Origin: Tubiluchus corallicola
Lineage: Eukaryota; Animalia; Priapulida
Reading direction: 5' to 3'
NCBI GenBank assembly: GCA_030141605.1
Contig: JAQGDQ010000008.1
Span: 310,001 to 374,000, forward strand
Length of the DNA stretch: 64,000 bases
Shown here: positions 53,095 through 64,000 of the stretch, one piece after another
How the letters are laid out: each line of letters begins with the position of its first letter
How positions within the stretch are numbered: the stretch's first letter is position 1
Notes under the pieces: model-generated
Seen by the model: the letters and a program-made list of their open reading frames with translations, nothing else
Databases searched by the model: none
Told to the model about the DNA's origin: nothing
Program-made: the position numbers and the translations under genes

Positions 53095-54497
53095 GTAAAC
53101 GCAAGCATGGTTATGTATTTGTAGTAAACTCGCTTTTTAACTGTCAATTTTCAGTTAAGTATTTCAATTAACACCCAATTACTGTCCAATAACTATTCAA
53201 CAATTCGTATTCTAAATAGTATAATTAAATGAGAGATCTATATTCAGTACAAAAGTAAAACGGAATACTACAGGAAAGGGATTGATCTATATCTAGCACC
53301 AATGTCATTCAGATGAAAGATATATTTACAAGTCATGTAAGAATACTGACTGGCCAACTGCTTATCTATAGAACTAGTTCTGATAAACCAGTCCATCTTT
53401 ATTTAATGCCAAAAGAGTCTTAAAATTAATTACTAATTGCACTCATAGAGTATAACACTATATTTGTACTCAAAAATTTTTAAAAACTTTCTGCTAGAAG
53501 TATAAGTTCAAACAAAAAATAGCTCCACTATATCAAACAAAAGGAACAAAGATTTCACACTCAGGAAAACTTTCGTCAAACCGAAACTTGTGGCCGCACT
53601 TGCAGTGAAATTATACATTAACGTGTTCAATTGATCAAAGTGAACAGTGTATCATGTTGTCTTTTATATTGCATCATAAATAACGTCGCAAAACGAGTGT
53701 TGGAGGAACTCGAAGACCCTTTGAATACTTGTCAGTGATCTTACGTTAATCAGACTCGAGGGGCTAGATCCAAGCACATATTTACTTTTTAACAGGCATC
53801 TGTAAGCAACCGTGGCCCTTGATTATCTTTTTCGTGATCTCTAATTTAAATCATTTTTACCTATAAATACCTGATCTTATTTGTATGCAGGATTTTAATT
53901 GCATATTTTAGCTCTTTTGTATAATATTTGTTTTGTATTTTACTTGTATTGTATTGTACTCACATTTTATGTAAATCAGTAACTTTTTGTGAAGGAAGCT
54001 AGAAAAGAAAAGAATGAAAGTAATGCGATAGATGGCACAGCTGAAGTTTTATGAACATTTTAATAACTATGAAACCTAATGTGTTAAAGCAGTTTGTCAC
54101 AACTGACGCCATCGCTCCTACACAAGTGTTGCCGCTACCTTATTCATTCATTAATCATGGCCTCGTAGCATCTTGAAATAACTAACCAGAAAAATTATAT
54201 TATATTTGTATTTCCCATCTTCGTAGCCCAGCGGTTGCGCATCATCTCTATACAGCGGGCCCAAACTTTTACTAACAAAGGAAATAAACGCAGGAAAGTA
54301 ATTACAAGTCGGCAACTTAAACTTTCCATCACAGCTTTGTGCGAGAAATTTATGTAAATTTGCGCTCTAATAATTCCTTAACGCTTTTGTACAGTGTTAA
54401 GCTTTACTGTAAACAAGAATGTTTCATGCAGCAAAGTGCCAAAGTGATTTGGGATTATTGTTAATTATTAAGAAGATTAACTGATAATTACATAAAC

Positions 54498-54617
54498 ACT
54501 ACATTAGCAGTAATGGAATGGTGTAGTTACCATAGTAAGTAATACGTGCGCGCGCACGCACACACGAGTTACTACATTAGCAGTAATCGAATAGTGTAGT
54601 TACCATAGTAAGTAATA
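54498..54617. repeat. 73-bp-period tandem duplication
   Basis: actacattagcagtaat..gtgtagttaccatagtaagtaata occurs at 54498 and 54571. Confidence 0.85.
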
Positions 54618-57600
54618 AGCACACAGGCACACGCGCGCGTTATCTTTTCGTCAACTACGAAAGCGAAGGCTGTCGAAAATTCGTTTTGAACCTGCTGGAC
54701 AGGTTAGTTGGCGTTGCCAATAAAGTCTAATGACTGTCCAACAGGCCGCTATTCCGAAATGAAAAAAACGATAACGGGACGTAGTGGTTTGAAACTCTCA
54801 ATGACAACTGATTTTGTCACAAGTATGCATATTCGGTCCTGCCGGTGCTTTTACAAGAAAAAAGCCTTGTTTCTTCGCCTTCTTCAGACCAACCTCATGT
54901 TGTGATGTTCTTATTCATCCCGTCCTCATTAAACACAAAACTGGCAAACTTGTTTGGTTCTGCTTTTACCTAATTTTACTTTTTAACATGTTTGCATAAT
55001 TCTGACAACTCTTCCTTATTATTTCAAAGACAGCCTCCGTCGGGGGTTAAACCATAGTTCAATGAAATATGTAGAATGATAAACAAAAAACTAGGGAGTT
55101 TTTGGATTCGCAGATCTGTCAGCTTATTCGTTGAACATTTTTCTGCACTTTACTCAGCTTTATAGTCTCAAAGGAAGCTTTCTGTGAATACCACATCCGA
55201 AATTTTCGAGAAAATTATTCTACAGCCACCATGAGTCTAAGTATTCATGCAAATGCGTTTATGAAATGTTAATATTTTTAACTGAAAACGGAAAGTTATT
55301 TACACGGGGCATCTCTTCTTAGTAAGAAAAAGGGTTGACCATTGCCCCACGGCCTAGGGTCTCGCTATAAGCATACCCAATCAGCGGGTTTGCGAAGCCC
55401 TTGACTTGAATTACCCTAATTAGTTTGAAGATCAACAAGTACAGCCAGTGTAGTGGTGGTAATCAGGCAAAGAAGCAGCAACATGCCCAGGTTGCCACAG
55501 TTGATGAGAAATGCAATGAGCTACTGAGCTAGTCCCATGGTGTCTTTTTAAGTAGTTTCGGCAACCAGCGTGATGTCATGTGATTACTGTTTGTACGTAT
55601 TCTATGCTTTTGTGATGACTTTGCATCTGAATTAAGTCTATTCAATTCAATTCAATAAACAAAAATAATCGAATCTTGGGATCATTGTAAATTTCGACAG
55701 CCTCTGTTACGTAGCAAAGCCACATTTCATGATCACGTGATTTCTCTGGGCGTATCTACGATTTCTGCTTGCACAAATCAGACAAAAATTATGGTTTTAG
55801 TCAATAAGCGAAACTCAAGAATCTTTATAACACGCGGTAAGAAAAATACTGATGTTTCGTGAACCATTTCAAATTACAACAGCGGTATACCAAATTGTTA
55901 TCATCGTTCGTTGTTGTCAATGTTGTCACTGACCAGCAAGCATTCTCCACCCCCTCTGAAATTCACCCATTATCAAGACACTGACTAGCCAAGGACAAGT
56001 TTAGCCGCTTCATAACGGAAGAAATGTCGCAATTCAGGTTACAGCAATTTAGGCCATGCAAAACGAAAAACAAACAGCAAATTATTGCTTCAGCGAATAC
56101 AGGTTCACTTGATCAATCTACCCTGCGGCCATGCATGCAGCAGATACGGCTTATTATCCTAATAAAAAACAAAGCATAGAAAAAATACTCATACTTTTGT
56201 TACGTACATTCCTAGCTGCTTACAAAATCCAGTTTCGCCTTTCGCGTATCTTATATGTCGAATTTTCACCGAAGAATTATTTCCCTGTTAACCAGGTTTA
56301 CAAACTTACCAGAATCAAGGACGTGATTAAATGCATCCTACCACTAGCAAATTACTTGCAAGAATTCTGTTGTTTCTGAACACAAGCCCAAGTTTTAACG
56401 TGTATTTATATGGTTTCTTATAATGGAGACGACTTACTTTGTTTGTTCGGGACGTTTTGCATAAAAACAAAAGATGTGAGCTTTGCGCCCTCCTCTTACA
56501 GAAAACAAAAACCTCCTGAACAACATGCACAAGAAAAATGTTTGCCATTGCCCTAATATTGTGCGTTCAGCAAACGCAGGGGCAAAATCTGATGAACTTG
56601 ACTACGCTAGTCTGTTTATAGATTGCCAGAAGTGTTTTAAAATTTTAAAATAGACCGCCATAAAATCTTCATTCCATTAAGTGATTGCAAACTGCTGAGT
56701 AGAATAAAGTACGAAACAGACGACGAGAGAGAGAGAGAGGTGGAGGGAGGGAAGGGGGAGATAAATAGAAAGACAGAAAGCGCAGTGACTGCCTAACTAG
56801 GACTAACAACTTTACTGTGCATAATGTAATCTTGTAATATCAACCAACAGGGAATTGGCTACATCTCAAACGATGACATAATAAAGGTTAATGTGCAAGG
56901 AAATATTAAGCATTAATGCGACCTGGTTTAATATATTGTGATAAATGCGGCAGGTGGAAGAACTCTGTCCAGCAGCAGCGCAGGTAATAATCATCACTTA
57001 GAGGTGCTGCGTAATTATCACATAATTCTCAATAAGAAGCCGATGGTGGTAAGACGTTCATTTTCGGAAACGATGCGGCACTAATTCCGGTGATATCTGC
57101 ATGAGTATCACCATGGCAACTGCTTAATTAGGACGACATTCTGACGTGCATTTATGATTATAAGCGAACCACAACCATTTTCGAGTTGAGCAACCGGATG
57201 CTGCGAACTTACAAGATTCCCCGAATCTCTCTCTGTCAGATGTAAAGCTAACTATCCCTTCTGGGCCACAAGAGACTCGCCAATTATTCCTAATGGCTAC
57301 AGCTACTAGAATGCTCTTTCATTATCTCTAATGCCCTCTCCGAGGAATTTTCACATAATTTTCCTTTCAAATATACTGATACATTACGTCCAAAGTCTGC
57401 CGTCCACAGCCTGCCCTTTTTAGCTGAAACTTGCCACCGAACTTCTTCTGGTTGGTTTATGGACAGGACTCAATGCAATTTCAAACAAAGGCAGTGAAAT
57501 CTGATACCACGCAATCCTACAAATATGAAACGCACTTACGTGTTACTTCTAAAAGAAATCGAAGTTTTGCTTTTTAATGTGCATCTGTGGTATGTGATGC

Positions 57601-59548
57601 TTATGTGCAAGTGCGGTGAACGTTATGAGCGTACAAGTGCAGCATATGTTGTGCGCATACATGTTCAGTAAGCTGTTTCACATGTATGTCTTGCGCATTC
57701 AATCATGTGCATTTGTAATACATATATGGGCAACTTGTAATACATCGTATACTGCGTAAAGGTGTATGGGACTGCGAATGCATGTGCGATGTATGATGTT
57801 CATGCACATGTGGCACACTATTGTTCAAGTAGAACGTTGTGTGTGGTTAACGTTGTTTGTATGTGTGCAACGGTGTACGCTATCCATGTAGATATGCCAC
57901 GCACGATTTTAATAAACAAGTTATCCGTTGCCGTTGTTCGTATACATATGTTGCTAATATGCACGTATGATGCGTACTGTAAGGTTTTTGCTGAGGAGAG
58001 TTCACCTAGTTCAAACCTACTTTTTAAAACACTGATACGTTATTTTCTTTGACTTGAAAAAATATCACTTTACTCCAACAAGGTTTTGATAAGACCTAAA
58101 TTTGATAAGTACACAAATGCCAAAGTTATTGAACATTGAGTTTTAGAAGGTTTTAAGATGCTTAGGAAGTCTCTAGGGGAAATTCTTAAATGATATCCTA
58201 ATTTTTTAAGAGGGAGTTACACGATTTGACATAATGCATTAACTCAAGCTCAAACCACAATAAATTCGCAGTAGATTCAACATGCAATGTAGCATAGCTT
58301 GTCAACAACAACAACCACAATAAGCTTAAGCTATAAACACCGCTGGGCAATCAGCAGAGAAGCCATGAACAGAGAAAAGTTTACCAATGAAGCCATTAAT
58401 GGAGGGGGAACTGGGAAATCGATGTCACCCGGGGTTCAGTATCACCGCAGCTGCTGAAACTGACACAAATGATAGACAGCAGACATTGTTGAAAAAAGTT
58501 GATTCAACTGCTGCTTACCCACACATGGGTGATAATGTAAACACGTCCGTGAAGCATGAGGCATGATGCACATAGGAGGTACCAGTTTAGTATCAGGATC
58601 ACATTCATAAAGAGATCCTCCCACAGCTGGGGCAGATCCAAGACCAAAGAATTCAGTTACTGACAGGAAAAACGATTTCCAATAGCATTCGTGTCACCCC
58701 CATCCGAGTGCGATACAGTACTAAAAGATATGAGTCTTAAACTGTGTGGAATTAAAATATATTAATGGATAGATATTATGTATCATAAGTGTTACTATAA
58801 GCATTTTGCATTTTATTAAAAATAAATAAAATAGTAATAATTTCAGAATGGGTTTATTATCTTCAGTTTTACCTCTGTAGTCTGCAAATCATTTTTAAAT
58901 TTTAGAAAACTAATTATTTTAATAACCAACTTTATATCATTGTCTTGGCTAATTATCATAGTAACTGTTGAAATTTCATCTTCTGGTCTCCTGATGTTTG
59001 TACAACTCTTGGTAGGGTTAGCAGTATTGCACTCGTAACTTTTGTAATTGTAGTTTGATTTCATGATCTTAAAATATTTCTTTGCAAGAATTTGTGTATT
59101 ACTATTGTGTACTGAGCCAAAGGCCTATAATGAACTTTGAACATTCGCTTTCTGGACAGTTTTAAATAAAATGCTCGTAATCACATCCATCAGTACCCTT
59201 TTATCATTCATACCATCATTCGTCATGTAACCAGCCATGTAAGACATTTTAATTCTATGTGTTTATGGACATCCAACTAAGGTAACTGTACATCTCATCA
59301 TTTTCCTTTTGAAGATGCCCTCGGTATTTACACAAAGCAGGTATGAAAACACTGAGAGAGAAGACCTTGGCACAATTGTTGCCATAGCGCACTATCATTC
59401 AGATCATTCATATTGGGTCTGTGTGTATGGAGAAAATCCCACACGGTTGAATAACTATGCCACAGCAGCTGTTTGCTCAAGTTATTTTGAGGAAAAATTT
59501 AGCAAGAACTGCTGCAGACAAATGCTATCACAGATTTCTATTTTCTAG

Positions 59549-59679
59549 GTGTTTAAGAACGGGGACGTGCAACGCGAAATCGTGTGGAATGATGTCTGTG
59601 ATCACAGGACCTATAATTATAGTCATTCTAGGAATGTATTTGCTCACCACTCAATTTGCATGGACCATACAATGGACAA
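59549..59679 (+). CDS. carbohydrate sulfotransferase, signal-anchor exon
   Basis: ttttctag acceptor and gtaaga donor; CLRTGTCNAKSCGMMSVITGPIIIVILGMYLLTTQFAWTIQWT provides a type II transmembrane anchor; its phase-1 end fits the next exon. Confidence 0.75.
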
Positions 59680-60243
59680 GTAAGAAGACGGCTTATTTAA
59701 ACTTAGGCACACGAATTTTGTTTAAGGCTTGTCAAAGAGACACTGTTGTGCATTGTCATAGTCATTGTCACTGTCATATCACTATTATTATTTACGTACT
59801 GATTTACATGTGTCTTAATTTGAATTTGCCAAATATATGCAGTAAAGAAATATATTTTGTTATAAATTGTGTGCTTGAAATTTTATCTATAGATATAAAG
59901 CGCACATTTTGTAATTCAGTAAAACAACTTGAGGTAATTGATCTCCTCTGCTTCTCTCTATCTCTTTATCTCTCCCTCTATTTCTATCTCATTGTTTTCT
60001 AAACATTCCTTTTCGAAAATTATTTTTAACTGGCGGAAGGCAGAGTAACTGAATGACCCTGCAGCTTACAGCCCATGTCAAAGAAAGCTGACAAAACGCA
60101 GAACTATGCTGTACGATTACCATGCTTTACGACTTCAACCAAGTGCAACCATAAAACAGTCATTCCAGGAATGAAGCAAGAAAGTGGTATTGAACACAAG
60201 GCTGACTGGTTAGACAGCTTATTCAATTTTCATTTGTTTTCAG

Positions 60244-60438
60244 GTCACTCAGAAGCATTTAATTACATCAAACTGCGAAGATTCCACGAAAGTGTCACCC
60301 AGGAGTATTTAAGTTCAAATTCCCCAGCCTTATCAATGAACGTTTCTGCAGCAAACTATACAAAACTGCTAAATGGCAATGCAGTGGCTCCACCTACAGT
60401 CACAAAGGAAAGTAATCGCACGGCAGTAGTTATCGTCA
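60244..60438 (+). CDS. carbohydrate sulfotransferase, stem exon
   Basis: gtttttcag acceptor and gtaagt donor, phase 1-1; stem with N-glycosylation sequons (NVS, NYT, NRT), ending in TAVVIV, the beta-strand before the PAPS loop. Confidence 0.82.
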
Positions 60439-60544
60439 GTAAGTATTAACTAATGAGTGACTGACAAATGTTTGAGAAATTTAGAAAACAATAATTAAAA
60501 AAATTATTTTTATGTAATTTTGACAAAAATTATCTTTCTTTGTC

Positions 60545-61133
60545 TTGCTCCACATAAAGCATTCTCAATATAAATGACAATTAGTATCCTAAAAATACAC
60601 ATGCAATTATACTGTTACAAAATTTCAAACTGGTGACTGAAAATAACACACTATAATTAGCAACACAGTAGGCTTCGGACTACTTTAGCCAAACTAACAT
60701 TAAACTTTAACCTGCCAGTAGTACAAGTTCATATTTTACGACTTCATACTTCACAGTACTATTTACATTGCTGATACTAAACAGAGAAATGGCATATAAA
60801 CTGCAAAACTTACAGAAAACATTGCACTTTTTACAAAAAACTGCTAGGTGAAACATAGCAAATGAAAGATTGCAAATGCCTTTCCTGCTAGTTTAACAGC
60901 ACCAAGAGAAAACTTTATGCACAGTGAACTGATAGCTGCTTTTTCCCACAAACACTGCACTTTTTCGATCAGTTTAATTCCAAATTACAACAACAGCCCC
61001 TCATTTTAGAGTTTAACGAAAGGCTACTCGTTTTGATATAAAGTAATTTATATTTGCTTTAATTAATAAAGCAAACTAAGAATGAACTTTGTCCAAAAAT
61101 TTAAAATACTTTTTTAACACCTGACTTTGACAC
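60545..61133 (+). repeat. left arm of a long imperfect inverted repeat
   Basis: Blocks such as gctccacataaagcattctca, tgacaattagtatcct, ctttagccaaactaacattaaactttaac, cagcaccaagagaaaacttta and cacctgactttgacac recur reverse-complemented, in order, in 61938-62447. Confidence 0.85.
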
Positions 61134-61745
61134 GGGCTTCCTTTAAGGCAATTCTTGCTGATGCTTCATTTGGCAATCTTAGAAGATGTCCTAGCCATCT
61201 TAATCTTTGGATCTTGACTTTTGAACTCTAAGAAATTTCTTTCGTTGTGGTATATAAATCTTCATGTATGGCCATCTTATCTTTAAAACTTTCCTTAGAA
61301 GACTTTATGAAATGTGTTAAGCTGCTTTTCTTGAGTAATCGTTAGAACCCAAGTTTAGCTGTTGTACATAAATATGCTGGTAACGTAAGCATTAAATAAT
61401 TGAAGTCTTATGTTAAGACTTACTTTCTTGCTAGTTAATACGTTCTTGTGCTGAAGAAAAGCATGCATTGCTTGTTGCTTTCTGCTTTTAATATCATCTT
61501 CAGTGTTTAGAAAAGTGCCTATGTACTTGCACTTTTTCCAGGACTGATAACCATCTCTTGCAATAATATATTCTTCTGTTTTTGACTGGTTTACTTGAAG
61601 ATTTCTTTTCTCTAGTTTCTTTGGGAAATGCCTTTTTTATTGTGTTAGTTTGAAAATTTGATACACTAATCCATCCTATATCATCTGCGTATTGTTGATC
61701 AATAATGAATGGTTCATAGGATTCCAAAGCAGGAGTGGTCCACAA
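61134..61745 (-). mobile_element. degenerate LINE reverse-transcriptase fragment (RTE-like)
   Basis: QQYADDIGWIS (YADD at about 61680-61691) and downstream RLRWLGHLLRLPNEASARIALKEA; frameshifted. Confidence 0.85.
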
Positions 61746-61937
61746 TATGTTGAGTATACTCTTTTATAACCATGTCTTTACATTCTGTGATGTCTGCTGG
61801 TTATGGGTAGATTGCTGAAACTAGTATTTGTTTGTTTACAATTTTTTTAATGATGGCTGGGATGTGGCCACGTTCCTTGGCACTGTCAGTCGCACTGTAA
61901 ATCTCAAGCGCCAAGTGAATGATGCACATAGCAATCT

Positions 61938-62447
61938 GTGTCAAAGCCAGGTGTCAAAAACATATTTAAAGTTTTCAACAAAGCTCATTCTACATTTGCT
62001 AGATTAATTAAAAGGGCATCTTATATTAAAAAGAAGAGCACTTCATTAAACTCTAAAATGGAAGATTATTGTTATAATTTGGCACTAAACTGACATGCAC
62101 GTAAAAGGTATGATGCTAGTGTTTGACAGCAGCTATCAGTTCACCGGGTGTAAAGTTTTCTCTTGGTGCTGATAAGTTGGTGGGAAAGGTTGCTTTAGCT
62201 TTCTTTGTTGTTACAAGTTTCACATAACAGTTAGTAATGAAAAAATACCAAGAGCTCACAAAAAACTAACTCATACTACTGGTAAGTTAAAGTTTAATAT
62301 TAGTTTGGCTAAAGCAAGCATGCTCTGTTACTCATAAAAGTACGTTATTTTCAGCAGCTAATTTATTTAAGAATTTTGTAACAACATTGCTTGTTTATTT
62401 TCAGGATACTAATTGTCATTACACTGAGAATGCTTTACATGGAGCAA
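61938..62447 (-). repeat. right arm of the long imperfect inverted repeat
   Basis: Reverse complement of 60545-61133, with indels. Confidence 0.85.
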
Positions 62448-62778
62448 AACGTTTCTTAAATAAAGAATGTTTCTCAGCTACCATGCTAGCTTTTATTAGT
62501 GACTTTGCCAAACACGTAAGCAAAACTGGCAGGTCGTCATTAATAAAAATTTATCCTGGGTAACTGTAAACGACCTCAAAACCAATTTAATCTCAGTATC
62601 TTAAACTCCACAAGATCACAGCTTTAACTTCCTAGCCAAGCACACGCCATCACCACCCGGCTATTTTTCACCTCCGAATGCATCTCAACTGTTCACATCT
62701 GCAATGATTAAGGAATAAGGAATCTTGGTATTAAAATAAAACTTCAGTATCTTTACTGAAATACGTAACTGCTTTCAG

Positions 62779-63740
62779 CATATCATAGAAGCGGATCCAG
62801 TCTGTTAGGGGAGGCATTCAATAACCATCCAAATGTCATGTACTTCTTCGAACCAATTATCATGGTACCTGAATTCCGGAGATATGACATGGTACCATGG
62901 TTCGCCCGCAGGACACCAGCACACAACAAGATGATCAGAAAAGGCGTGGATATAATAAAGCGACTAAGCGAGTGTGATTACTCAGACGTAGTGAAACTCA
63001 GTAAGACATACCAACAGCAGAAATGGAAGTCGTGGCCAAACTATCTCGCCAGGAGCATTGCCCTGACCAAAGTCGCTGGTTGCTACCACCCTCTGGACAT
63101 CGGACGCATCGGGTTGTGTGGAAACAAAACCATTCTTCTGAGTCTTAATGAAATTAATGACATTTGCAGACAGCACAGAGTGCATGTGATAAAAACTGTT
63201 AGGCTTCATGTAGCTGACTTAGTACCGCTCGTAAAAGAGGGATATAATTTAAAGATCATTTATCTCACACGTGACCCTCGAGGCGTGATAGCTTCTCGTA
63301 AAAAAACTGGAATTGAAAAAGTGTCTCATTCGCGAGCCTTCGGCTTGTGCAATGACATGCTTGCTAATTGGAAAACTGCACAGTCGGCAGGTATTCCTGC
63401 ATCAAATTTAATGACAATCAGGTACGAAGACTTTGTTCAGAATATTGAATCTAAAACTAGACAGATGTTTGATTTTGTCGGCTTAAGTGACGACGCACAT
63501 GTGCAGAAGTTTTTAGACAATGTTGCACATGGGCAAGCTAATTTACTGAACCTTACAAAAGTGAAAGCAGACTATAGTGTGTTTAGAGTAGATTCTAAAA
63601 ACCATATCGACAAATGGAAAACTGTGTTGACGCCATTTGAACTACGGACAATAGTAGAACCAGCGTGTAAAGAATATATAGAAAGCCTCGGTTTTAAAAC
63701 TCAATTTGACATCCAGACATGGAAATTCAGGCATTTATAG
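62779..63740 (+). CDS. Golgi carbohydrate 6-O-sulfotransferase (CHST1/3/4/5 family), catalytic exon
   Basis: ctttcag acceptor; (T)YHRSGSSLLGEAFNNHPNVMYFFEP 5'-PSB loop, VIKTVRL, LKIIYLTRDPRGVIASR 3'-PB motif, IRYEDFV; TAG at 63738-63740. Confidence 0.93.
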
Positions 63741-64000
63741 CCTTAACCAAAGTGCCATACTATGGAAAAGCTGAATGTGATACCACGGGTACCAAAGTAC
63801 CAATATGTATATAGATCAACTATGTAGAAAGCCAAAACAATCACTTCTCGAAGATATAATTATGTGTATAAAGACTAAAGAATAAAACTGACAATTTTTA
63901 TTTAACAGTTTGTTCACATCTCTCCACTATGTCTTTAATCATTACAACTGCAATGATGAAAACACTTGGCAAACAAACTTATTCTTCAAGCATCATATTG

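Noticed and set aside
54498-54640. Repeat-spacer-repeat pattern reminiscent of CRISPR
   Set aside because: Only two units, eukaryotic intron context, no cas genes; a simple tandem duplication.
58519-58659. Open phase 1-1 minus-strand pseudo-exon (TEFFGLGSAPAVGGSLYECDP...)
   Set aside because: No similarity to Fer or any family I recognise, and it would disrupt the kinase N-lobe/hinge; likely chance without RNA evidence.
59457-60002. 181-aa ORF as an independent gene
   Set aside because: Only 59549-59679 is exon-like (sulfotransferase anchor); the rest is intron read-through.

Overview
AT-rich genomic DNA from an animal, probably an invertebrate, with spliceosomal GT-AG introns. No prokaryotic features (operons, CRISPR) are present. 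Five protein-coding genes can be reconstructed by eye: (1) an intronless CCDC175-like coiled-coil gene (-, 825-3140); (2) LHFPL2-like tetraspan gene (-, coding exons 10076-10559, 7329-7442, 5315-5457, probable 5'UTR exons at about 18.4 kb and 31.9 kb); (3) Arpin, the Arp2/3 inhibitor (+, single coding exon 38075-38740); (4) the last four kinase exons of a Fer/Fes tyrosine kinase (-, 41502-45290), whose upstream exons I could not find in the remaining 18.7 kb; (5) a CHST1/3/4/5-type carbohydrate 6-O-sulfotransferase (+, about 53090-63740), apparently nested antisense in that Fer intron. Introns and intergenic DNA hold many non-autonomous DNA transposons (Kolobok-, hAT-, pogo/Tc1-, Harbinger- and Helentron-like), LINE fragments, a 5S-rRNA-derived SINE family and (GAT)n microsatellites. 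I found no clearly new multi-gene system. The most notable points concern gene architecture: nesting, a probable bidirectional promoter, intron loss, an alternative start for LHFPL2, an Arpin lacking the tankyrase-binding Arg, and a long intronic inverted repeat. All family assignments come from recalled motifs, not database searches.
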